A DNA stretch of 64,000 nt from Bugula neritina (lineage: Eukaryota; Animalia; Bryozoa): NCBI GenBank assembly GCA_964035545.1, contig OZ037772.1, forward strand, positions 2,666,001 to 2,730,000, read 5' to 3'. A program made the position numbers and the translations under genes. Position 1 is the stretch's first letter. Every line of letters begins with the position of its first letter. The notes beneath the pieces were generated by a model. The model did no database searches. It was given only the letters and a program-made list of their open reading frames with translations, and had not been told where the DNA came from. Of this stretch, positions 11,842-23,300 are shown piece by piece.

Positions 11842-14641
11842 TAAACTGAATGGTGAAGACGTGACTAGGGAAGGAGACAGCACATCACAAGACCGCTGTA
11901 TACAGGAGTCCTTGCCGAAGTGACTCCCCTCTCAACTACCGCATAGCATATTAACTCTACACCACCATCTTCTGTCCTACAGTCTCAGTCTAACCAACCA
12001 ATGGTAAGTCATAACCAACTTCTGTCAGTCACTCATTCAACATGGTGCATTCTGCTTGCATCAATTATACATCTGTTGAGTACTACTGCATGCTGTAGAA
12101 CGGTCCTGACCTGGAAGGAGCGGAGGGTGGTGAGGAGTTTCTGATTGACGATTCAGATGAAGATATGTCCCTGGACCCCCTGACTCCGTCTGTAGAATAC
12201 TCAAAGAGCTGTCCAATCATGACGAGAGGTTAGTCTTTCATCAAATAGTTGCTTTCGGCTTGTTAAATAAATAAACGCTGCTGACATAATGAACAGTTTT
12301 AAAATAGTGCAGACTAACTTATCCCGATGTATACATGTATGGTGTGCTATATGGTCAGTGTCAAATGTGTATGTATAAACATAAATAAAGATACTCTTTT
12401 AGATCTACAGCAAAATTCATGTTTTAGCTGTACAGTTTGTGCCACTACAGATAGCAGAGGAAGGAAAAATCAAACGCACGTCACTCGGTTCTGCAGTGCC
12501 ATATATTATCATTACTGTTTAGAACTAAAAATGTTTTGTTATTTTCACCTCAGAGGAACGTTTATTAAAAAAAAAACTTTAGTAACATGTACTACAAAAT
12601 TCCGAGTGGACTTTTTTCTATGAACTGTAGCTAAGGTGCATGGCTGAGGTTTGTGACTAGAGTACGGAAGGGAGAGGGGGGAGCAAATGAGCTAATTACA
12701 ATTTATTTTAGTCAATTACATGTATATTCTCTCAATGGTGTAATATATAATGATTATCATGACTATCTACAAGTAGCAACAGCAGAGTGTTTTGTATTAT
12801 GTATAAAATGGCAAAGCTTTAACCTTACCAGATGTATATATTAGGGGAGCTTCAACTTGTAGTTTTGTAGTCATACCATGATGTCTTTGATATTTTATAA
12901 AAAGGTCAGAAATGACTATATCTATAGATTTTAGTAACATTTCAACCAACTTTTTAGGCAAACAAACTAATAACAGTGATCAGGGTGCAATAATCAGGTG
13001 GCCCATTGTGCCCTGGTCAGCGTGGCCCATTGTGCCCCGTGTGGCCAAATTGAAAATAAATGTGCCTCAAGGAAAATTTATTTCAGTGTTTGCTGTTATA
13101 CTAGTTAAGCAAAGTAGAGACAAGCAATGGCATCAATATTAGTAAAATTTAGGCTTCTTGCCTTTGAGTGTGAAAAGTCATAAAGCTTTAACGACATCCT
13201 AAAAAATTGACAAAAAGTAGGTAAAAACAATTTTTTACTCGCCTTTTCAACACCTATGTTCCGCAAGTGTTGAAACTACAAAGACTGAATAATTATGTCA
13301 CTATTTTTTATGAAAAAAAAAATCACAACTCTAAGTCAATATGTTCTCTCACAATTTGGCCGGTTTTTTGTTGTACCCCTATGACCGTTGTGCCCCCCCC
13401 CCCGTTACCCCTATCATACAAGCTCATAAGGATGCCAGTAAGTGGGTGAGAACTTTGTCCTCCAGTAATCCTGCTCATTGAAATAGACGTTACAGTACTG
13501 GTGATTCATATTAAAATATATTTCTTGTTTTAAGCTTTTAGTACTGTTGCTTGTGATGGTGAGAGAACTGTGTTGACTATAAAGCTTTAGGTGTACCGAG
13601 CTGCTGAGGAGTGTGCTATAACACTGGCCATGTCACTGAAGCCCGAGCACTCTGTCGTGGTACTGGCTAAACTAACGGGCAGTCTTGAGTACCCACTATC
13701 TGTAGTCGCTATATAATAAAGACACTCACACATGTTATTGACCGAATAAGTGAAGAATCCTTAATCAAAGTTATTCAACAGCTGATACCAGGTCTTATTA
13801 AGGTATTATGCTATGGCTCTGGTAAAGTTTACTGACTAACGTTAAGTCATCTGTTGAGATATGTCACTAGTTTCTAGGATTTTATTTCTACTCGGTGTAA
13901 AAAATGTTGTAAGTTGGTCTCACTAGTGTAAACTGTAGTTGTGATTAACTCCTATGGCTTTTACAGAGCTATGAGCATGAAGAGTGCAGGTGCAGGAAAG
14001 CTAGTTACTCCGCTTTGGTCGCTCTTTACATGAAAATAGGAGATAATCTCAAGCCATATTTGTCTGTAATAACTGGCAGCAAGGTAGGCCATCAGTTCTT
14101 CGCAAAAAACATGTTTGAAACTTTAAACTATAAAGATCTGCTGAGAATAAGTGCCTGTTACTTGCACTTTAGTAAACAGTAAATCTAATGGATTTATATT
14201 TTATCTAAAATCGTATGTTTTGAACTGCCCCTAGCACATTTATAACCAATGAGTTTTGGTAACAACATTTTTGTTTTAGTCATTTTTATATGATAGTTTT
14301 TATACTTAGCTCAATAGTTGAATTTACTACTGATGTCTAAATAATACATCAGAAAAATGCAAAATAAATGTTATTTTCAATATTAAAAGTATATTTCACC
14401 TCCCACGTCTAACATCACACATTTATAGAGTTGGCTATTAAATGACCAAGTCTTTGGTATGAATAAACTGGACAGTATTTGGCTAATGACTATACACTGT
14501 ACCATCATTATTGACTCTGTGGTTGGCACCACACTTCCCTGACTATTCTATCTTTTGTAGCTGAAACTTCTCAATCTATATATTAAAAGAGCAGAAGAAA
14601 AGCGTGCAGAGCTTCACCACGACACTATCACAAAGAACTAA
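11842..14641 (+). pseudogene. CLASP: CLASP (CLIP-associating protein) 3' exons, copy 1, disrupted
   Basis: Exons 11842-12003, 12099-12228 (ILKELSNHDER), remnant 13412-13445, 13591-13802 (VYRAAEECA...LIPGLIK; 5-bp insertion), 13967-14083 (YEHEECRCRKAS...IGDNLKPYLSVITGSK), 14561-14641 (LKLLNLYIKRAEEKR...*). One exon is deleted and replaced by transposon sequence. Confidence 0.9.
12381..13411 (+). mobile_element. 5'-truncated copy of the 1.3-kb GGGGTAAC-TIR transposon inserted in a CLASP exon
   Basis: Matches 8058-9076; right TIR is followed by TAtcatacaag, and the uninterrupted paralog reads caaTAtcatacaag (~53535). Confidence 0.92.
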
Positions 14642-15983
14642 ATTACTTAAGAATTACTTCCCTATATTTACAAGAATTAGACGTCGAGAGCCAGCTATGC
14701 CTCAGTTGACAACAAGATGGGAGACGCCCACGGTTCTACCGTCAACGCTAAGGGTGCCATGAAAAATATGAAGAAACATCTCTTCAACATGTAGGCATTA
14801 CATCACCAGTCAGAGCAAATGTCAAGGTTAAACTCTGTTTCCTGTTGATGGACTTCCTTCTTGAATATCAGCTGTACCTTTATCTTGTATCTTGTATAGA
14901 TATTTTAATTATATTCTCTTTGTATGATTAGGAAAATAGTTTGGATACAAATGTCACAATTTACTCTTTATTGTTTATGTGCTTTTGAAAATCATGTTTG
15001 ATAATTTTTTTATGTTGCTGTGATTAATTGTTTAATAATAATAGATAATGATTATTCAATAATTACTTCTTCTGAAATTCCCTCAGGGCGTCGCATGTTG
15101 TCTATTTTAAAGAGAAAGTAAAGCATTGCCTATAAACAAACAAATGGAGCAGCCGTGGTTTAGGGTAAACACAATGTCAATGATTTGAATCTCTGGTAAA
15201 CAATAAGACATTTTCATAATGACCAGAAAAAGCTCTATTTAGCTGTTTATCACTAAACAATAGTTCTATATACTTCAAGTGGTCAATTTCATGATCAAAA
15301 TTTAGCATCCAAAAAAAAAGCTATTGATAAGTAGTCTATGAGAACGCAAGGAAATAGATTTGATATGAGGAACACAATTAGAGTAGAAAAACAAAAACAA
15401 TAACGATAATTAGTAGTGAATTACCAAACAGCCATTTTGATTAGAGAGAGGACTGAGAAAACTTCATAACTCTGTTTATAGTTGTCTTCTTAATTTTGAG
15501 CTCATGGCATGTGTATGTGCTACCTAGCAGCAGTACTATAATATAAACAAGAAACAATCTCTGTTATATGCCCATCATTGACATCTTTGATGCATCTATT
15601 GATTATATTATTAGGTATTAGCAGTTAAATTAGTTCTTTCAACTCTTTCTAAAATAGTTAGCTCAGCTAACAGACTGGTTTTATAAATTACACTTTGAAA
15701 TATTTTTTTTTTTTGTAATTTTGTTCTAAGCAAATTGTCCTACAGTGGCAAATTCTCAAGCCTACTTTTAACAGTCAGCTGTTGGAGCAGCAAAGTAGTT
15801 TGGGTTGAATAGTGTATATTAATAACTTTCCTTTTAATGACTGACAGTCTAGTAGCAATACAAACAATACTTTTACAAAACTTTTCATCTTTACCAACAA
15901 CACAGCTAAATGCTGAAACAGTTTTGCAATTATTTGATTTATCTCGTTGCACATGACATGCTATTCATGCTAATGCCTAATAG

Positions 15984-15988
<5 letters not shown>

Positions 15989-16066
<78 letters not shown>
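15989..16066. repeat. (TA)n microsatellite (empty paralog of the ribozyme-element site)
   Basis: Left flank aatagtcac matches aatagtccc at ~55872. Confidence 0.95.
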
Positions 16067-16070
<4 letters not shown>

Positions 16071-16937
16071 CACTGTATATTATGTGGCTCCGTCAGGTCG
16101 GCCACCATTAGCTTTATACAAATTCAAATCCAGAATATTGAGGTGTGTCTATTTATTCTGAAAGTCGTATGTAGTATTATTTATAAACTTTGCATGTACC
16201 ACATTAAAATTTATTTTATTTTAGAAAATTCAACATTTTTTATGCAAATTTTGCCAGCAAATGACTAAAAAATTATTTGATTTTTTTAAAAATTTAGCAG
16301 GAAAAGTAACTCTTAAATAAAGTGACTGGCCTGTGCTATGTCCTATTGATTTTAATATTGAACAGATGATGTAATTATGTAATATTTAGCATGTAAACTA
16401 TAATCCCTTGTTTGTAAACAGGCACAATGTGGTCTTCAGTCTCTACTGATGTTTTATTGGTAAAACTGTCGTGAAAACTACAATTAATGAAATTGTAAAT
16501 ATGCCATAATGAATGATAATATTTGATAAAACTGTCAGATCAGAAAATGCATAGTGTTTTGTGTTATACAGAATAGATACTGCACAATAATGTAATACAT
16601 TTTTTTAGAAAGTTTAGATTATTAATTATTAATAACATGAACAGTAACGCTTTTGACCTCTTCAAAAAAATCGCAAGAGAGGCAATTGCTAATACACAAA
16701 AAGAAAACAGGAATAATGTTGCTGAAAAATAAGTTTATACAACAGTGTTTAAATTAGGCCATAATAAAGTATAATAATATGAGAGGTAACAATGGCACAG
16801 TTAATAATATAATGCCACAGGAAATAATGGCACATGCAGTAATATAAGGACACAGGTGATAATGTCACGGGTAAGAATGTCCATATTGCATTTATTACAC
16901 TGCAATATAAAACCAAAACCTATACTGAAATTTATAC

Positions 16938-18806
16938 CTGCGACTGAAGATCAGCCTCTGGACTTTTACACTGGTCTAGAAGGGTGTTGACTTGTGGGTC
17001 TCTTTCTTTAGCTGAAGCTACGTAATAGTTGTTCTTCCAAAGTCTACAATAAGTAACGCAAAAATACATACCTAATTGTGTGAGGAAGTCATTGTGCAAA
17101 GAGGGCCACGTTAAATGATACTGCTATAAAGACAAACTATGCACCAACCACAGAAAGAAGTGGGTTATAAGTGAACATTTCTAGAGCACTCAAGTAAAAG
17201 CGTCTACACCTGGATTACTTTAAGAAGCAAAATGACTGACTGATTTATACCTTTACAATTTCCTCATACTCTTTGAGTCTTCTTTCATACTCTGACTGTA
17301 ATTGAACATTTTCTGTTGCAAGTTGGCTGTTCAAAGTGATCAACTCTATAACAACACATGCTTTCTCAGACAACTAAAGGCAATAGGCTTCTATCCAACT
17401 TACACTGTGAGATTGGGATAAATTAAGTGAGCATTTCAACACCACAATAAGCAGTATTAGAACTATGCACTTTCGTGCAAATAGTTTCATTGAATCCATT
17501 GCTGCATGAATGTAATGGAAAACAGAAAGATATGGAAATTGAAAAAGAGACATAGGCTATAAATTTGATGGGTTTAGTGAAACCAACACAGAACCCACAC
17601 TTCAAGTCGCTATTTTTATTATTACAACAGAATAAGGAACATCAGTAAGTAAATATAAAAAGTATCCGTTCTCAAGTCCAAACCTTCATCTGCCATCTTG
17701 GAGTCAAAACTTTTCTTTTTCTCGTGTGGGATAGTTGTGCCTGCATTTCCACAGGAAAAAGCAGTATTAACATTACTGGCTCCACCCACATTACTGGCTC
17801 TATCCACATTACTGGCTCCACCCATCTTACTGGCTCCACCCACCTTACTGGATTCACCCACATTACTGGCTCCACCCACATTGCTATCACCTGAAACAAT
17901 AATTTATAATATATAACACAAAAACAATTTTATTAAAAACTTATTGATGTTATTGATGTTGAGTTCTAGTCTGTACTTCTCCTTTAGCTGTTCATCACAT
18001 CTCAACAGTACAATAGATCAATAATTTAAAACCTATCAGTATATTACTGAATAATACATAGCTTGAAAATGAAACTACAACACAATAATTTTTAGCTGTG
18101 TGTCAAAGTTCTATGAAATAAGTTATATATAAGCAGCAGAATTAGGCAATCTAAACCTGAGTCTCTGTATAACTTGGTTTTCTCTTCACTTTATTGTAAT
18201 GGTACAAAAATAGGAAGCATATTGTAAATTGATCTCAAAAAGTTTTTAGTGTTCATTTGAAATAATAACTTTAGCCGAAAACTCTGTCAAGAAAAAAGCT
18301 TTTTCTAGTAGGTGCAGCATTGCACAAGTTTTATTTCTTTAGGTAATCTGAAAACCCAACTTAGGCTATGTGGAGACAACTCTTATTTATTTGAATTTAT
18401 GACATGGTTACTTGAGAAAGACATTCTTTCAACTTTTTAGGAGTACTTTGATAAAATTTATCTAAATTACACAAAAATTCTGCTGATTCTTATATAATGG
18501 TAAGACAACAACCTGACTGGTACTTCCTATCAGCTACAAGAGTTTGGACTTCATCAGCCATGTTGATGGTAGACTTGTGTTCTTGTAATACAGAAGGCAG
18601 TATATCAGCTCAACTAACCAATGACTTGCAGCACAGAGCAGGCTAAGACTGTAGGCGTTGTCACAGCTTTTAGTGAAATGTTCTTGATGAAAGCTTTTGG
18701 CAATAGCTTTCTGGCTGTTAGCTTTTTTGTTAAGTTGTCATCCTGCATCTGTGCATCTACACCATTCAGCATTTGCACTCACATTAACAATTATTTTGCA
18801 CCTTTT
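16938..18806 (-). pseudogene. Decayed exons of an unidentified minus-strand gene, including an 18-bp coding repeat (VGGASN)n at ~17768-17885
   Basis: AG/GT-bounded segments at ~18513-18806, ~17250-17890 and 16938-17043 (LWKNNYYVASAKERDPQVNTLLDQCKSPEADLQSQ), with stops and frameshifts; product not recognised. Confidence 0.45.
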
Positions 18807-18889
18807 AATTAAAGCAAAAGGAATAGAGAAATGAGTAGTACAGCCAACTAAGTCTGCCTCAATTCTGTTTCTACTAAAACCTGATTGCA

Positions 18890-19032
18890 TACAGTGTAAG
18901 TATACTGTGTAGGTACACAGCGTAAGTATACTGTGTAGATATATAGTGTAAGTATACTGTGTATGTACACAGTGTAAGTATGTAGTGTAGGTATATAGTG
19001 TAAGTATACTGCGTAGGTATAGAGTGTAAGTA
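18890..19032. repeat. 26-bp minisatellite (TACTGTGTAGGTATATAGTGTAAGTA)n, left half of the array that continues at 50236
   Basis: Same unit at 9077-9220 and 50236-50485. Confidence 0.9.
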
Positions 19033-19286
19033 GGGGTAACGGGGGCACAACGGTCATAGGGGTACAAAAAGCCGGCCAACTTGTGAGAGAACTTATAGAC
19101 TTGGAGTTGTGATTTTTTTTTCATAAAAAGATATTGGCATAATTGTTCAGCCTTTGTAGTTTCAACACTTGCGGAACATACGTGTTGAAAAGGCAAGTAA
19201 AAAACTGTTTTTACCTACTTTTTGTAAATTTTTTAGGATGTCGTTAAAGCTTTATAACTTTTTACACTCAAAGGCTATATTTTACT
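19033..19286 (-). mobile_element. First half (right end) of a split, inverted GGGGTAAC-TIR transposon
   Basis: Reverse complement of ~8813-9076 with a small 8-bp deletion; ends at ATTTTACT (19279-19286). Confidence 0.9.
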
Positions 19287-20035
19287 CAGTATATATTTTC
19301 CTAGAATGTTGTTTAGAGACATAAAAAAACTGCCTATGCACAACATACTTTGCATCTGTTTAGTATCTCGTAATTAGACATAAAAAAATCAAAGCCAATT
19401 ATAAGGCAAAAGACCATAATACTGTACTATCATTGGATAGTTCTTCATCAATAAACAGGTAGTCGCCAGTGGTGGATATGAACCCCTCCTAGATGTTTCT
19501 CGTACTTCTTCCTCAAAAAACATTTTCATTAAGCCAAAAAGAAATAACAATACACTTTTTTAGTTGACACTTTTTAATTTCTGACTGATATTTCACCTTA
19601 TTTCCAATTATAATTAACTTTTAACCGGCACTTTTCTTTGTAGTAATTCCTACCCTTTAGACTGTGTACTTTGAAATGAGTCTGTTTTACTCGTTACATA
19701 AAGTATAGTTGCACTGGCTACAGGTTGACACAAAAGCAAGCCTATCTTGATAAAATCATGAGCAAATGTAGAAACTACCGAGGAGTTTGTTCCTCATAAT
19801 TAGAAATTGACAAATTATTTTTAATCCGTTTAAAAGCATCTGCACAGAGAGAAATATTAGTGTTAGAGTGAACATAAGCTGACAACTAAAACCTCTCGTT
19901 TTTTGGATCCCTAAATTGACCAGCAGTGAATAGAAATTAGTGTCAGGTACTGTTCACAGTGAATAGTATGTTAGATCAATGTTGATATAAAGAGTTGTGA
20001 AGTTGATTCTTTGTATTTATCACAATGAGCCAAAT

Positions 20036-20310
20036 TATGTTCAATGGTGATCTTATATATGTTCAATGGTGAGCTTATATATTTTCAATGGTGATCTTAT
20101 GTATGCTCAATAGTGATATTATATATGTTTAATAGTGATCTTATTTATGTTCAATAGTGATATTATATATATTCAATGATGATCTTATTTATGCTCAATA
20201 GTGATATTATATATGTTTAATGATGATCTTATTTCTGTTCAATGATGATCTTAGATATGCTCAATGCTGGACTAAGTTATATTCAAAGCTGAACTTATAA
20301 ATGTTCCATG
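20036..20310. repeat. 22-bp minisatellite (TCAATGGTGATCTTATATATGT)n
   Basis: About 12 diverging tandem copies. Confidence 0.9.
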
Positions 20311-23300
20311 CTGCTCTAATTTTCGTTGGAAATAAGCTTCTGCAAAAATTATTACTGATCACTTTGAACTAACTTGTCATAACTTCTAACCAGTATGAGA
20401 GTATAGTAATGTGGATTTTATTGTATATGATAGTTGAATATAAGAAATGCAACAAAAAAATAACTTCTAAAGATTAAAATAAGAAAAGAGAAACATGAAA
20501 ATAAACATTTGCAGAGTTTTTCTACGACTGTAAATTCAGTTAACTTTTCTCAATATTTGCAGAACTGCCTAAGACCATAGTGTGTGTCGTTACATTCTTG
20601 CTCTGTAGTGTAGCGATAACCAAGCAGTTGTGGTGTGTAATGGTTAGCACACCTGTGTGCAAGTCCGAGGTCCGTGATAGTAACCCAAGTACGGGAGGGG
20701 GGAGGGGGAAGTTTTATAACTAATTCCAGCAGTTAGTAAAGTGTGGTAGTACTCCAAGAGGAGTTGAGTGGCCAGGGAAGCCTGAAGAAGTAGTATAAAA
20801 AGGGCAGCTGGGTTCTTGAGAAGTGGGTGAGGTGTAGTGTCGAGAGCACCCAGTGACGCTTGTAATGTAGTGGTGAGTGCGCCTGCTTGCAGGCTGAAGG
20901 TCTCAGCATGATTCAAAGTTTTGTAGCGGTCAAATTCTTTTTTGTGCTCCTATTTAGCATCTTTGAGTGCATGGTCTTAAAAAATGTTATGGGATCTACA
21001 ACAAAAGATAAAAGTTGGGTAATATTTAAACTGTATTAGTATGAACAGTAAACATTTGGTTAAGATATACAATCACAAGCAGCTTATAAATTAAGTTCAA
21101 CTTTGAAAAAGCTGAAGTCTAAGGCCAAAACTAATAGTATCAATGATGTTAGCTATGAATCTTTCAGCATATTTTCAGCACCACCGTACCAATCGTTTGG
21201 TTATGAATAACCATACAGGCTTTGGCAAACTTATGATCATTATGTTGCAAAGTGTTTGGGTTAGTTTGAGCTTATCAAAATTTAGTAACAATTTTGGCCA
21301 TCATTTTATTTTACTTCTTGCTTAATTACAAATGCAAGAGCTGTTGGGCATAATTAGTTTAGTTAATAGAAGCTTCTCTGCATTGAAATTAATTCAAAAT
21401 GTCAGTGAACCACAATTTAAGCTAGAGTCAGCATTTTATATGGACCCCTCATATCGAGATAACAGATATTGATAAATTTCAGTATGTCTATAAATTAAAA
21501 AACAAATAACGTACTACCAAGAAAAATATTGCTACTTAAACATGTTTTTATATTTAATTGTGCTGTGCAAAGATAAATAAAAGAATAAACTGGTAGCACG
21601 GAAGTTAAAAAAAATTTTTGCCAACTCACCACTAATATTGGCATTTTGGTACTTGGCTATAAAACAAGAAGCTAGCTTGGCAGCTGCTTAAGGCTAATAA
21701 CTACTTGTAGGCTGCTAAACTGCATTATTAACAATATGAATACTTCTACAATGGGGGGGGGGGAATTCAAATTAATGAATTTAGCACAAATTGCTAGAAG
21801 GTGAAGTGGAAATAAAACCTACATTTTTTGAAAATATATTGTTGCAGGAAAACTTGTATCAAATTAATATAGGAATAGAGTAGTTTGGGAAATATCAGTT
21901 AATGTGGTCTCTTAAAAGTTATAGTTGCACAAATTCAATTATCTGTCTACAGCAATAGTCATACTGTCATTGTGATTGTGATATAAAATCAAAATGACAA
22001 CGTTAAGCAAATGATTGAGCTTACCTTTTGCTGCAATGACAACTTCAGTTTCTAACTCTGAAAGAAAGTGATCATCTTCTATCTCTGAGAGGTAGCTGCA
22101 ATCTTCACCCATGTGATGAAATGATTCAATGTTTTCCATGTTGTGAGGTTGTTTGGAAGCACAAATTCACTGAATCTCAAAGCACAACCTCTTAGTCTGA
22201 GCCTCTGGTGTTCACTATGCCGGCAGAATATTTCTTCTGTCAATAGCCGTAAATGAAAACTATGTGCTGTTATGTAACAACCTTTGTTTTGCTCTTTCGA
22301 TGCTTGGTAAGCCAGTTTCTTGCCTTTGAATTATAATTTAAATATTTCCTTACTATAGCTCTGTTATGCAACATCTTCTTTTGTTCCACCAGGTAGTTTA
22401 CAAAAGTTTACACAAGGCTTTTGAAGTGGTTCACCTGATCCACAATTGACTATTCAGTAGCTTGTTTCATTGTTAATTTTAAGCTTCTTGTTTGAAACAC
22501 ATTTGCTGATAACTGAGTACATTGGAGTTTAATGGTGCATCTCCCTGATTTCTCTTTTACACACATTTTAAATTAGTTGGCTTTCCTTTCCATGAATGAA
22601 AAATACTAGTAAAGCCTAAACTACCCATGCAAGAGATATTGTGCAGTTGAAATTTTTTGTTGATAAATATAACTTAAGTCTTTGATAAACGGAGTGGGGC
22701 AATATTTAATAGTAGTCTGGTAACAAGCTATTTGAAAATGTCTTGGGTTCAAAAAAATTTCGAAATCATAAACAGCTAGTAGGTTGAAGGAGTTTCATTC
22801 CACTTATATGCTCCCCAGTTAGGTTGTATTTTTTGTTTTGGTACTAAGTATTATATATCTATATACCCTTATATAACTTTCATATCAATTGCTAAACATA
22901 AAATAACCATTAATATGATATATTTGCAATAATATTTAAATTTTTCCAAATTTGTGTTGAAAAAAAAGCATTAACTGCATTAATAATATCATTTTTTCAA
23001 AAAACAAAAAATATAGAAAATGCAAAATTAATAGGTTTATGCAAAGCAAAAAAATTTATTTGTGTGCCAATTATAAAACGCAATTGACTCAAATTTATTT
23101 AAATGCACATATATTTCAATAGTATTTAAATAAATTGCACGTAAAATGTATAAATAGCATCTAACTGGGAAGCACCAATCGAAATGACCCAAATGTAGGG
23201 TTCAACTCTATCCTAGCTTCCTATAAAGGTTTGTGATCATCATTAGTGCACATGTGAACGAATAATGTTGTTAGGTGAACAACTGCCGATTGTTCCATAA

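Larger units (their letters stand above)
9077..16880 (+). repeat. Segmental duplication, copy 1 (direct repeat of ~50236-58400)
   Basis: Collinear high identity across the 26-bp minisatellite, the 24-bp array, the CLASP exons and introns, the (TA)n site at 15989 (equivalent to 55881), and 16520-16880 (equivalent to 58075-58400). Confidence 0.93.
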
